Positions 28,175 to 38,249 are shown, counted from the first letter of the stretch. The stretch: 53,515 nt of DNA from Candidatus Enterosoma sp. (GCA_050874925.1 JBNMLQ010000001.1:1-53515); one strand, 5' to 3'. Made by a program: numbers and translations. The notes: a model not told the origin generated them from the sequence alone.

Positions 28175-30583
28175 ATGCTATTCAATGATTCGTGGATTTT
28201 TTATAAAAAAGGTGAAGAAGACAAGAAGAAGGTCATCGACCTTCCCCATGATGCGATGCTTTCGGAAAAGAGGGACATCGACAATCCAGGGGGAGCCAAC
28301 ATCTCCTATTTTGCCGGGGGCACATACATCTATGAAAAAGACTTTGACATCCATCTTGAGGAAGGTGACAAGGTCTATTTCGAATTCGAAGGCGTCTATA
28401 TGTGGGCAAGGGTGTACCTTAACGGCAAGGAAGCATGTTACCGTCCCTATGGATACAGCGACTTCTATTTCGATGCAAGCGACTTCCTTGTCGAAGGAAG
28501 AAACCACATCAAGGTCATCGCCGACAACTCCAATCAGCCGAACTCCAGATGGTATACCGGAAGCGGCATCTATCGGAACGTCCACATCTTCCATCTGAAG
28601 AAGGAACACATCCTTCCAAGAAGCTTCCATATCAAGACGACCGACTATAAAGAGGGGAAGATTCTGGTCAAGGCGGATTTTTCCTGCACGGGGAATGCAA
28701 CCTTGGAAATCCTGGATGCCGATAAGAACGTCGTCTTAAGGAAAGGATATAGCGGAGTCACCTCCTTTGCCGAGGAGCTTTCCATCGATCATGCAAGGCT
28801 TTGGAGCGGAAAGGAGCCCTATCTATATGAAGCACACCTGACCTTTGAAAAGGATGAGGCAAGAGAGCATTTCGGCATAAGGCAGATCGAGTTAAACAAA
28901 GAAAAAGGTTTTCTCATCAACGGACAAAGAGAGATCCTCTATGGATGCTGCATTCATCATGACAATGGTCTTCTTGGCGCCGTGGATGATGACTTCTCCA
29001 ATGAGAGGAAGATCAGAATCATGAAGGAAGCAGGATACAATGCCATAAGAAGTGCCCACAATCCGATTTCAAGATCCCTTTTAAGGGCATGCGACAAATA
29101 CGGTATGTACGTCATGGATGAATATGCAGACTGCTGGTATATCCACAAGACGATGTATGACTATGCCGGCTTTGCCTTGGACTGGTATGAAAAGGATCTG
29201 AAGGACATGGTGGAAAAAGACTACAACCATCCCAGTGTCATCCTCTATTCCGAAGGAAACGAAGTGGCTGAAACCTCTCAGAAGAAGGGTATCGCCTTTG
29301 TCGATACCATGACAAGATATCTTCATTCCTTGGATGACACAAGGCCGACGACATGCGGCATCAACATCTTCTTCAACGCCCTCTTCAGCTGGGGATTCGG
29401 TGTCTATAGCGACAAGAAGGCAAAGAAGGATGCCACAAATAAACCTTCCAAGAAAAAGAAAAGCGTCGGAAGCGAGTTCTTCAACAACCTGGCAGGACTT
29501 CTCGGAGCCGGATTCATGAAGTTCGGTGCCACCCTGCCACAGTCTGACAGGAAGACCAGAGGTGCCTTTGCCAAGATGGATGTCGCCGGATACAATTATG
29601 GCATCAAGCGATATAAGCATGACCTGAAGAAATACCCTGACCGATTCATTCTCGGAAGCGAGACCTTCTGTGCCGATGCCGGGAAGTTCTATGAGCTGAG
29701 CAAGGACAATCCTCGCATCATCGGAGACTTCGTCTGGGCAGGATGGGACTATATCGGCGAAGCTGGTATCGGAAGCTGGGTCGCGGCGGAAAGCAAGGAA
29801 ATCTATGACGACAAGGCAGGATGGCTCCTTGCCGGAAGCGGACGCATCGATATCCTGGGAAACGAATGTGCGGAGATGAAATATACCAGGACAGCCTTCA
29901 GACAGGATGTCATCTCCATGGCCGTCATCTCACCCAAAGACTATGCCTTAGGACACTCCCCATCAAGCTGGAAGCTCTCCTGGGCACATTACGCATATGA
30001 CTTCCCCGGATATGAAGGTCAACCTACCGAGGTGGAAGTCTATTCCCAGGCTCACCAGGTCAAGCTCTATCTCAACGATAAGCTCATCGGAAAGAAAAAG
30101 AAGAGGAGAAACCCGGACGGACTATATTCATTCAAGATCGACTACCAGAAAGGAACCTTGAAGGCTGTTGCCATGGACAAGGAGGAAAGGGAAATCGGAA
30201 GCTGCATATTGATGTCTTCTTCCGAAGATACCGAATTCAGGATGCTTCCTGAAAATGCTACACTCAGGGGCGGACATGATCTAGCCTATGTGCGTCTATG
30301 GTTCACCGATAGGAACGGTACCGCAAAGAGGCTTGAGAACGAAGATATCGAAATCACCGATATCGAAAATGGTACTCTTCTAGGCCTTGGAAACGCCTGT
30401 CCATACTACAAGGGAAGCTATCTTGACAAGAAGACCAACGCCTACTATGGAAAAGCTCTTGCCATCGTAAAGCCTGATGACATCGACGGATATCTCAGCA
30501 TCACAGCAAAGACGAAGTACGGTACCGAAACAAAGAAGATCCGCATCCTGAAGTCAACTCAGAAACAAGACTTCCATATTTAG
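28175..30583 (+). CDS. Glycoside hydrolase family 2 (beta-galactosidase/beta-glucuronidase-like)
   Basis: ORF track starts at 28112. The ATG at 28175 follows GGAAGGAG. NAIRSAHNP and NHPSVILYSEGNE (acid/base region). Confidence 0.85.
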   Translation: MLFNDSWIFYKKGEEDKKKVIDLPHDAMLSEKRDIDNPGGANISYFAGGTYIYEKDFDIHLEEGDKVYFEFEGVYMWARVYLNGKEACYRPYGYSDFYFDASDFLVEGRNHIKVIADNSNQPNSRWYTGSGIYRNVHIFHLKKEHILPRSFHIKTTDYKEGKILVKADFSCTGNATLEILDADKNVVLRKGYSGVTSFAEELSIDHARLWSGKEPYLYEAHLTFEKDEAREHFGIRQIELNKEKGFLINGQREILYGCCIHHDNGLLGAVDDDFSNERKIRIMKEAGYNAIRSAHNPISRSLLRACDKYGMYVMDEYADCWYIHKTMYDYAGFALDWYEKDLKDMVEKDYNHPSVILYSEGNEVAETSQKKGIAFVDTMTRYLHSLDDTRPTTCGINIFFNALFSWGFGVYSDKKAKKDATNKPSKKKKSVGSEFFNNLAGLLGAGFMKFGATLPQSDRKTRGAFAKMDVAGYNYGIKRYKHDLKKYPDRFILGSETFCADAGKFYELSKDNPRIIGDFVWAGWDYIGEAGIGSWVAAESKEIYDDKAGWLLAGSGRIDILGNECAEMKYTRTAFRQDVISMAVISPKDYALGHSPSSWKLSWAHYAYDFPGYEGQPTEVEVYSQAHQVKLYLNDKLIGKKKKRRNPDGLYSFKIDYQKGTLKAVAMDKEEREIGSCILMSSSEDTEFRMLPENATLRGGHDLAYVRLWFTDRNGTAKRLENEDIEITDIENGTLLGLGNACPYYKGSYLDKKTNAYYGKALAIVKPDDIDGYLSITAKTKYGTETKKIRILKSTQKQDFHI

Positions 30584-30703
30584 GAGCACCCTTTTCCATC
30601 CTTTTTTCTTAAACTTACGCCTTGAAACATGCAAATTATGCCATGTTCATACCACACGGGCTTCCCTTTTGATAGAATCCATATATCAAGGAGGGCTGAT
30701 ATC

Positions 30704-32134
30704 ATGAACCAGATTTACAACCCCTACATGCCAAACTTCGAGTATGTTCCCGACGGTGAACCTCATGTCTTCGAAAACAGGCTCTACGTCTATGGAAGCC
30801 ATGATTGCTTTGGCAAGTTTCCTTTCTGTCACAATTCCTATGTGACTTATTCTGCCCCTGTCGACGATTTGGCTTCCTGGCGATATGAAGGCGTCATCTA
30901 TCCAAAGAAGAACGACGATCCGCTTTCGAAAAACGGAAGGAGCGATTTCTATGCCCCGGATGTCGCAAAGGGAAACGACGGAAACTACTATCTCTTCTAT
31001 TCCTATGCCTGGAGCAGCATCATCTCCGTGTGTGTATCCTCTTCCCCCAAAGGTCCCTTCATCTATCTGGGACATGTCCATGATGCTTCAGGCGGAGAAT
31101 ACGGCATGAGAAAAGGAGACCCCTTTGCCTTCGACCCCGCCATCTTCGTCGATGACGACGGAAGAATCTATCTTTATTCCGGTTTCGGTGCAAAGACCTT
31201 CTTCCCCCAGATTCCACACGGACACAAACCTCAAGGCAGTTTCGTGATGGAGCTTGAGAACGACATGCTCACCATCAAGGGAGAGCCAAAGCCACTTTCC
31301 ATTTTGGACAATGAAGGAAAGATGGGATTTGACCACAGCTTCTTTGAAGCCTCCTCCATGAGGAAGTTCTTCAACCAGTATTACTTCATCTACTCATCCC
31401 AGGCAGGCCATGAATTATGCTATGCGACCTCCTCTTCTCCGATTGGTCCCTTCACATACCAAGGTGTCCTCATCTCAAACGGCGATGTCGGATACAAGGG
31501 AAGGAAACAACCTCTCTACCCTCTTGGAAACAACCATGGAAGCCTCGTCAAGGTTCATGACGATTATTTCATCTTCTATCACAGGCATACCAACTATACC
31601 AACACCGATAGACAGGCGATGGCAGAAAGGATCATCCCGGATGAAAAAGGTCTCTTCCCACAGGTTGAAAAGACAAGCCAGGGACTGAACAAGGTACCTC
31701 TTTTGGGAAAAGGCGAATATCCAAGCAGCATTTGCTCAAGCCTTGTTCCCAAGGAAGGCAATGTCTTCTATCCTTTCTTCCGTCCTCCATTCTACAGCCT
31801 GACAAAGACATACATCACCCAGGCTAAGAAGGATAACGAGAAAGAGGAGACACAGTATATCCACAATGTCCAGGACGGACTTGTCATCGGATACAAATAC
31901 TTCGACCTTTCCAAGACAAGCAGGATCAACCTTCATCTGAAGGGAAGGTTCAAGGGAAGCGTCTCCTTGTCCTTTGATGAAAGGGAAGGAAAGGTTTCGA
32001 CCACCCTCTTTGAACTGAAAGGCGAAGACAAGATTCCTCTTGATATCCCTCACGGAAGAGATGGAAGCGCCTTATACTTATATTTCAGCGGCAAGGGGAA
32101 ATGTGACTTCTTATCCTTTGACTTCGAAGAATAG
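30704..32134 (+). CDS. Glycoside hydrolase family 43 (xylosidase/arabinofuranosidase-like)
   Basis: ORF track starts at 30629. The ATG at 30704 follows AAGGAGGG. PDGEPHVFENRLYVYGSHD, FYAPDV, FEASSM. Confidence 0.85.
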   Translation: MNQIYNPYMPNFEYVPDGEPHVFENRLYVYGSHDCFGKFPFCHNSYVTYSAPVDDLASWRYEGVIYPKKNDDPLSKNGRSDFYAPDVAKGNDGNYYLFYSYAWSSIISVCVSSSPKGPFIYLGHVHDASGGEYGMRKGDPFAFDPAIFVDDDGRIYLYSGFGAKTFFPQIPHGHKPQGSFVMELENDMLTIKGEPKPLSILDNEGKMGFDHSFFEASSMRKFFNQYYFIYSSQAGHELCYATSSSPIGPFTYQGVLISNGDVGYKGRKQPLYPLGNNHGSLVKVHDDYFIFYHRHTNYTNTDRQAMAERIIPDEKGLFPQVEKTSQGLNKVPLLGKGEYPSSICSSLVPKEGNVFYPFFRPPFYSLTKTYITQAKKDNEKEETQYIHNVQDGLVIGYKYFDLSKTSRINLHLKGRFKGSVSLSFDEREGKVSTTLFELKGEDKIPLDIPHGRDGSALYLYFSGKGKCDFLSFDFEE

Positions 32135-32148
32135 AATGCAAAAAGAAA

Positions 32149-32187
32149 ACGGATGTCTGGCCGAATAGGTCATCAGGCATCCGTTTT
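32149..32187. terminator. Bidirectional intrinsic terminator
   Basis: ACGGATGTCTG / CAGGCATCCGT stem (one wobble pair) with flanking A- and T-runs. Sits between convergent genes. Confidence 0.7.
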
Positions 32188-33157
32188 ATCGTTGAAGAAG
32201 AAAATCGATATCTTCGCTGGACAAAGATATATCAAAGACCTGTAGGTTGTCTTTGATTCTCTTTGTAGATGACATGGATACGATGCATGCGCTAGGAAAA
32301 TCCTGAGATAGGACATAGCTTAGGGCAAGGCTAGGAAGAGAGACGCCTTTTCTGAGGCTGAGCTCTTCTGCCCTTTTTAGAATCTCGCGGTTCGACTTGC
32401 TCTCATATCCTCTCCTTGAAAAGGATGTAAGGCTTCTTACAAAGTCCGGAGAATCGCTTTTCACCTTTCCGGAAAGATAGCCGTCTGCCAGAGAGGAATA
32501 ACAAAGGCAAGGGATTCCTGTCTCTCGATAGAATTCTCGTTCCTTCTTCTGTCTCTCACCCGTGATGCTTAAAGACCCGTTATGCCAGGGGTCCCTGTTG
32601 CGGACGACTAGAGAAAACTGCGGTTCGTTGACTTCAAAGGGCTGCATACCATGATTTTTGGCATAATCATTTGCTTTTCTTACCCTTTCAGAAGTGAAAT
32701 TGGATACGCCGATAGACCTGGCATATCCTTTCTTTACGATATCATTCATGAAGGTGATGATGTCTTCGACCGGGACGCTTTCATCGTCACGATGGAGAAG
32801 CAGGATGTCGACATGATCCGTCTTCAAAGCCGAAAGGGTGTTTTCGATGTCAGAAAAGGCTGCCTTCCTATTGACCCTTTTGAAAATGCCAAACAAAGGA
32901 TGGCAGCATTTGGAGATGATGGTGACATCATCTCTTTCAAACAGAGGAAGGAACCTGGAAAAGTTCTCTTCCGCCTTTCCGTTTCCATAGACCCTGGCCA
33001 AGTCAAACGTCTGGATTCCATCCTGAAAAAGGGATTCAAAGAAAGAAGAGGTGTATTTTCCCTGAATCATGTTCTTGGAGGAACCTCCGAGAATCAATCG
33101 GCTAATCTTGATATCCTTACCGCCGGCATCCTTGATATAGAGGTATCTGTCCATCAA
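32186..33157 (-). CDS. Aldo/keto reductase
   Basis: 323 aa. FDLARVYGNGKAE, ILLLHRDD, SIGVSNF. Confidence 0.85.
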   Translation of the reverse strand: MMDRYLYIKDAGGKDIKISRLILGGSSKNMIQGKYTSSFFESLFQDGIQTFDLARVYGNGKAEENFSRFLPLFERDDVTIISKCCHPLFGIFKRVNRKAAFSDIENTLSALKTDHVDILLLHRDDESVPVEDIITFMNDIVKKGYARSIGVSNFTSERVRKANDYAKNHGMQPFEVNEPQFSLVVRNRDPWHNGSLSITGERQKKEREFYRETGIPCLCYSSLADGYLSGKVKSDSPDFVRSLTSFSRRGYESKSNREILKRAEELSLRKGVSLPSLALSYVLSQDFPSACIVSMSSTKRIKDNLQVFDISLSSEDIDFLLQR

Positions 33158-33357
33158 AGACCTTTCCTAGAACCTGAAGACTTTCAACAGGTATCTTTTC
33201 ACATCCCTACTATATCAAACGATGTCCATCGAAACAAGGAGAGCATCCTTCATCATCAGACAATTTCAAAGAGGCTGATAAAATGTAAACCTTCGTCTTT
33301 TCATTCGAGCAAATATACGATGGTCGCTATTTTCTTCATTCATCCATCAACGTATCT

Positions 33358-33975
33358 TCATCGGACTGTTATTTTTCCATCTATATCACTGACAGCGATG
33401 TAGAAAGAAGATAGATAATAGGTCTCATAGGATTGTGTCACTTCTTTTTTGACACGGATGCCAAAATCAAGATAGCAGATCCTGTTGATGAGTTCTGAAG
33501 CATAAGGCTGAATATCAAACGCAAAGGATGTATGATACTGATAATAATCAAAAGCAAGCTTCTTTTCGCTGATATAGGAGTGGTTAACCTGGTATTTTCC
33601 TTCTTCAAAGAAGCCGTCCAAGGATGTGATTTCATTTGGGAAAGAATGGTATCCATCAAGATTCGGATTTTCCGCCCTGATGGAATAGACAAGGCTTGCC
33701 TCCATCTTCTTTGTCGGAACACTTGTCTGGTTGTTGCCGACATAGACTTCAAAATCGATTTTTTCTCCTTTGTCGTAAGTCTCTTTTGAAGGACGGGCAT
33801 CTATCTGATATCCATAAGACATGGAAGAGACGTTTTCATGGTAAAAAGCTTCTTTCAACATGTCCTCCGTATACGCTATACCATAGTCATCATAGATGAC
33901 ATGGACTTCACTTTGCTTCTTCTCACAGGAGCAGAGAAGCAAAGGAAGCAATAGCAAAACCTGTTTTCTTAGCAT
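33358..33975 (-). CDS. Lipoprotein of unknown function
   Basis: 205 aa. MLRKQVLLLLPLLLCSC lipobox. Its ATG overlaps the upstream stop (ATGCTAA). Confidence 0.6.
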   Translation of the reverse strand: MLRKQVLLLLPLLLCSCEKKQSEVHVIYDDYGIAYTEDMLKEAFYHENVSSMSYGYQIDARPSKETYDKGEKIDFEVYVGNNQTSVPTKKMEASLVYSIRAENPNLDGYHSFPNEITSLDGFFEEGKYQVNHSYISEKKLAFDYYQYHTSFAFDIQPYASELINRICYLDFGIRVKKEVTQSYETYYLSSFYIAVSDIDGKITVR

Positions 33976-34718
33976 TCCATCAATCCCTCCACTTGATAGC
34001 TCGGCTCTTCAAAACTCAGCTTTCCATTCTCATACTGATATCGGATGCTGGTCTTTCGATCGTGTGAATCAAAGGCGTAGGATAGGTCAAGCTTATCGTT
34101 GTCAAAAATCGTTTCAAGATAAAAGTCAAAACACAGCTGTCCCTGCGGATTGGCAAGGAAATAGTCGGCATAGTCTTTCAAGGCAATCTTCTTTTCAAAG
34201 GCCTTGAAATGATACACAGCCATATCACTGGAATAGATAGCTTCCTTTCCCTCATCGCTTTCAGTCTCGTTTGGAATGAACTTATAGAAATCAAGGAAGT
34301 AATCCTGGGGTTTGAAACAAAGATCATTCACAGTGATGTCATTGATGAATTTGTTTGTCTCGTCCGTAACAAAAGAATACCCTAGCTTCAGGTTATATAA
34401 TGTTCCGATATCCTTATAATCTCTCCTGAAAGAATCCTGGCTCTCATAATTGGCACCTACATAGATAAATAGGGATAGGTCGTTTCCATCCTGATTGATT
34501 CTACAGTCGGCATTCAGGCTTCCGACCAGACCCTTCTTGTCTTTGAAGGAAAAGGCAGAATCACTTTCCAATACGCTCCTTAAAACCGTCTTCCCAAAGA
34601 AATCCGTAAGCGTCTTTTTGCCCAAGGAAGGGTCATTCCTCAAGACAGCCGAGGTCGACTCTCCTCCAGAGCAGGAGACCAAAAAGACAAGCAAATACAA
34701 ATATCGTCGTTTCTTCAT
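33969..34718 (-). CDS. Lipoprotein of unknown function
   Basis: 249 aa. MKKRRYLYLLVFLVSCSGG lipobox. AGGAGG SD 6 nt upstream. Confidence 0.6.
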   Translation of the reverse strand: MKKRRYLYLLVFLVSCSGGESTSAVLRNDPSLGKKTLTDFFGKTVLRSVLESDSAFSFKDKKGLVGSLNADCRINQDGNDLSLFIYVGANYESQDSFRRDYKDIGTLYNLKLGYSFVTDETNKFINDITVNDLCFKPQDYFLDFYKFIPNETESDEGKEAIYSSDMAVYHFKAFEKKIALKDYADYFLANPQGQLCFDFYLETIFDNDKLDLSYAFDSHDRKTSIRYQYENGKLSFEEPSYQVEGLMEC

Positions 34719-34749
34719 AACAATCCTCCTAATGTCCTTATATGGACAT

Positions 34750-34779
34750 AGGTTACAACAAAATCAAAAAAAAATGCAA
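34750..34779 (-). promoter_or_regulatory. Candidate promoter of the two small lipoprotein genes, with a homopolymer in the spacer
   Basis: Minus strand reads TTGCAT, an 18-nt spacer beginning with T8, then TAACCT. Confidence 0.35.
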
Positions 34780-34887
34780 GGTCCCCCAAACTTTCTTAGT
34801 CATATCACTAAGAGCATCATCATTCCACCAGTTTTTCCTTTTGCATAGAGGTATTTAAAATTCGATTCTAAAGGGTCTTTTTTATCC

Positions 34888-34921
34888 AAAAAAACTCCCT
34901 GACATCCATCGGACATCAGGG
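34888..34921 (-). terminator. Intrinsic terminator of the large lipoprotein gene
   Basis: Minus strand reads CCCTGATGTCC-GAT-GGATGTCAGGG (11 bp including two G-U pairs) followed by T7, 7 nt after the stop. Confidence 0.65.
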
Positions 34922-34927
34922 AAAACA

Positions 34928-37900
34928 TCATTGGATAGGTTTCTTGGAAATGACCATCAGAGGAAGTTCCATGCCATAGTAGTTCTCACCACTGTCTGCC
35001 TTATAGACCTCGACATAGATATCCTGAGTGCCTCCAATCAGCTTTGCAAGATGAGCAGAGAAGACACCGTCTTTGACTTCATAGATCCAGTCTCCGTTGT
35101 CAAAGCAGGAAGAAGATGTCAAAGAGGAAAGAATCGAATCATCCCATGTTCCGCCATAGAGGGAAATCTGTTCTGCCGTCTTTGTCATCTTCAGGTTGTC
35201 GCTTCCTAGATAGACATACGGAAAAGCCAAGGAAGAATCACCAATCAGGGAGGAGATGGCTGACTTGACTTCATCAGAATAAGAGGAGGAAGAAGATGGA
35301 TCAAACGGTGTTCCGTTACGATAGAGATAGATGGAGACAGACGTGTTGCTCTGAGGAACGATGTTGAAGTTCGTCACGGTCTTGTCGGCATTCTTCTTGC
35401 TGGCAAGAAGAAGAGGAGCATAGACATTGCTTCCCGTGCTTTCGACTTCCAAGGCAGAATAGGTCACCTTCCATCCATCTTTCTTCAACGTCTGATAGGC
35501 AAGATAAGTATAGAGATGATTGTAATCACTCAGACTGACGGTCTTGGAAGGTTCCCGATTGGCAAACAGATAGGATTTCTTCTCGTTGAAGGAAAGGCTG
35601 TCAACACCAAGTTCAAGATAGGGAAGGACGTTGTCCTTGCCTAGATAGGACTCAAGCTGAGAAAGCGAGCTCTCATCCCAGGATGATTTCGTCAAGGTCA
35701 CTGCCTCATCCTTTTCCATATAGAGAGTCGCATTTCCGCTGTAGGCCTTATCAAGCCTGATACGGATGGAAGAAGAGTCAGAGAGCATCTTGACTGCCGT
35801 TTTTCCAGAAGAGATACCCGAAAAGACTTCCCATCCCTTCTCGGAAGAAAAGACGTCATCAAACAGAGTCTCCATCTTCTCGTTATAGGTATTTCCGACA
35901 AGGTAATAAACTTCTAAGAAGGAATCCTTTATCCAGTTCGGATTCTCGCTGTTGAGATAGAAATAAGGAAGGACTTCACCAAAGGCTGCATTCATCTTCG
36001 CCTTGATGGCATCGGACCAGTCTCCGTTTTCAGGAACTTTGAAGGCTTTCTTATAGGTGATGCTGCAGGTAGCATATCCGTCAAAGTTCTTTTCCAGAGT
36101 CAGACGGATTTCATCTGTCCTTTCGTTGGAAAAGGTGAGATCAAGAAGATACGAAGAAGATTCACTGTCATTGGATTTGAGACTGTATCCTGAAAAACCA
36201 TCCTTCAGGGCTTTAAGAACAATGGATGGCAGGGAATCATCCCATACTTTTCCATGTAAGACAACCTTGTTGGCACCAGACATGCTATCGATGGAAGGGT
36301 TTCTTGCACCGAGATAGAAATAAGGAAGGACAGTTCCGTCAAGCTTACTCTTCATCTCGTTTTGGACATCTTCAGACCAGCTTCCATCCTCAACAGGATG
36401 GAATCCCTCATGGCAGCTGAATTCGATCTTGGCAGAGGTAGCATCCTTTCCTGCCTTCATGTCAAGGGAGAGCATGCATGCATCGGAGAGTTCCTTGCTT
36501 GCATGGATGCCTCTTCCATAGGTTTCACAGGAATAGGTGATCGTCCAGCCGGAAAGCTGACTGACAAGAATATCGATCATCGATTCATTGAAATTCGTTC
36601 CCGTGATCCTGACAAGATCATTTCGTTCATCATATTCTGACTTATACCCATCGGTATGAAGATAGACATAGGGGAACGCCAAGGCATGCCCATCCAGATG
36701 TTCGTTCATCAAAGCAAGCGTATCGCTATTCCAGGAAGTCGCAGCCGAGGATACAAGCTTTCCATAGTAGACGACATCAAGTTCTGCATAGCCACTGACT
36801 TCTTTTAAAATGCAGGTATAGGTTCCACCATCTGGATAAGTCTTACTTGCCATGAGCTTATCTTCATATTCATAGACCTTGAAGCTTCCCTCCGTGTTGT
36901 CAGCTTCAAAGGAAGTCTTGGCAAGAGAGAGCATCCTATCATCATACTTTCCGCCATAGATGCGCATCATGGAATTGTTATCCGGTTTATCATAGCTTGG
37001 CGTGGTCTTGCCTAGATAGAGATACGGCAGGACCTTTCCGCTTCCATAGGAAGAAAACACATCTTTGATATCATCACTCCAAGTAGTAGAAAGGGATGGA
37101 TTGAACTCTTCCTGATAGGTGATCGTAAGACAAGGAGTCGGCATAGACGTTCCATATCGGGTAAGGGTCATCTGATAGAAGCTGTCATCGGAAAAGGTGA
37201 TCTTGGCACTCAGGCTTTCAAAAGAACCACCATCATCTTTCTTGACGACAGGGGAAGCATTCAGGCTTTCCAATTCCTTCCTGATGTCATCGACCATCTT
37301 GTCATCCCATTTTCCACCATAGATGGAATACGTCCTGCTTTGGGTATCGAAAGCCGTCAGATGATTGTTCTTTGTACCAAGGTAGAAGAAAGGAAGGTCA
37401 TTGTTTCTGGAGAAATAGAACTTCAGATTCTCTTCAATGTCATTCGGCCAGGAAGATAAGCCCTGAGAATCATATTCTTCATCCAAGGTCGCATTCAAAA
37501 CGATGGTATCCTTCTCATCGAGGATGCGTACGCTGACATTTCCTTTCTTGGCAAGGATTCCCTTTGTGAGGTCAGAGACCTGATAACCAGAAGAAGCATA
37601 TGTGCTTTTTGCCTTGGCAAGGAGGCCTGAAGAGAAATCTCCGCCGGTGATTTTCAATGAACCATAGTCGTCCTTTGTCCTATGCCATCCACCCTGGATA
37701 TCCTTGGCATTGCCCATCTTGAAATAAGGAAGCACCATACCAAGATGATCCTTCATATCCTGACTGATGCTCTTTCCCCAGAGCTCCTCATCGCTCAGTG
37801 GAGCACTGGAAGAAGATTCTCCCTGACCTTTCGAGCTGGATGTATTCGAAGAAGGTTTCTCTGTCGTTGGCTGAAAAGTACTTGACATATCAGATGAATC

Positions 37901-38002
37901 ACCACGATCGGGGAAAGAAGAGGAAACATCATTTGCTCCCTGACAGCTGACAAGACCTACCAAAAGCATGGTCAAAAGAAGACATTTCTTTGTTTTTTTC
38001 AT
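34928..38002 (-). CDS. Large surface lipoprotein built from about 8 tandem copies of an unrecognised ~115-120-aa module
   Basis: 1024 aa. MKKTKKCLLLTMLLVGLVSC lipobox and an S/T-rich linker. Repeated signature: W-x-x-D/E ... LP[YF]xYLG ... [IL]YGG[KT][WY]DD. Confidence 0.75.
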   Translation of the reverse strand: MKKTKKCLLLTMLLVGLVSCQGANDVSSSFPDRGDSSDMSSTFQPTTEKPSSNTSSSKGQGESSSSAPLSDEELWGKSISQDMKDHLGMVLPYFKMGNAKDIQGGWHRTKDDYGSLKITGGDFSSGLLAKAKSTYASSGYQVSDLTKGILAKKGNVSVRILDEKDTIVLNATLDEEYDSQGLSSWPNDIEENLKFYFSRNNDLPFFYLGTKNNHLTAFDTQSRTYSIYGGKWDDKMVDDIRKELESLNASPVVKKDDGGSFESLSAKITFSDDSFYQMTLTRYGTSMPTPCLTITYQEEFNPSLSTTWSDDIKDVFSSYGSGKVLPYLYLGKTTPSYDKPDNNSMMRIYGGKYDDRMLSLAKTSFEADNTEGSFKVYEYEDKLMASKTYPDGGTYTCILKEVSGYAELDVVYYGKLVSSAATSWNSDTLALMNEHLDGHALAFPYVYLHTDGYKSEYDERNDLVRITGTNFNESMIDILVSQLSGWTITYSCETYGRGIHASKELSDACMLSLDMKAGKDATSAKIEFSCHEGFHPVEDGSWSEDVQNEMKSKLDGTVLPYFYLGARNPSIDSMSGANKVVLHGKVWDDSLPSIVLKALKDGFSGYSLKSNDSESSSYLLDLTFSNERTDEIRLTLEKNFDGYATCSITYKKAFKVPENGDWSDAIKAKMNAAFGEVLPYFYLNSENPNWIKDSFLEVYYLVGNTYNEKMETLFDDVFSSEKGWEVFSGISSGKTAVKMLSDSSSIRIRLDKAYSGNATLYMEKDEAVTLTKSSWDESSLSQLESYLGKDNVLPYLELGVDSLSFNEKKSYLFANREPSKTVSLSDYNHLYTYLAYQTLKKDGWKVTYSALEVESTGSNVYAPLLLASKKNADKTVTNFNIVPQSNTSVSIYLYRNGTPFDPSSSSSYSDEVKSAISSLIGDSSLAFPYVYLGSDNLKMTKTAEQISLYGGTWDDSILSSLTSSSCFDNGDWIYEVKDGVFSAHLAKLIGGTQDIYVEVYKADSGENYYGMELPLMVISKKPIQ

Positions 38003-38028
38003 AGAGAGACCTCCAAAAAGCGGTCTAT

Positions 38029-38058
38029 ATTATATCCAAATCATCCTCTCCTGTTCAA
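38029..38058 (-). promoter_or_regulatory. Candidate promoter of the large lipoprotein gene
   Basis: Minus strand reads TTGAAC, 18 nt, TATAAT. A GGAGG SD lies 7 nt before the ATG. Confidence 0.5.
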
Positions 38059-38187
38059 TGATGGAAAGAACAGTGGAAGAGACTTTTCTTAAAATTATGG
38101 TCCTTTTCTTTCAGTTTTCTTTTCTTTGAAGAAAGAAACAGAAGATTTCTTTCTTCCATAACACGCTGAAAGTGCTTGCATTCCATC

Positions 38188-38216
38188 TTGCCTTTCTAGC
38201 CTCCTATGCATAGAAT
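38188..38216 (+). promoter_or_regulatory. Candidate promoter of the merR-family gene
   Basis: TTGCCT, 17 nt, TAGAAT, about 33 nt before the ATG. Confidence 0.4.
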
Positions 38217-38249
38217 ATCTATAGCTAAAGTCAACTTCAGCATCATATC

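Noticed and set aside
38100-38150. A/T-rich hairpin TTTCTTT-GAAG-AAAGAAA upstream of merR, considered as a terminator
   Set aside because: The stem is purely A/T with no adjacent U-tract in a sensible orientation, and no gene ends there.
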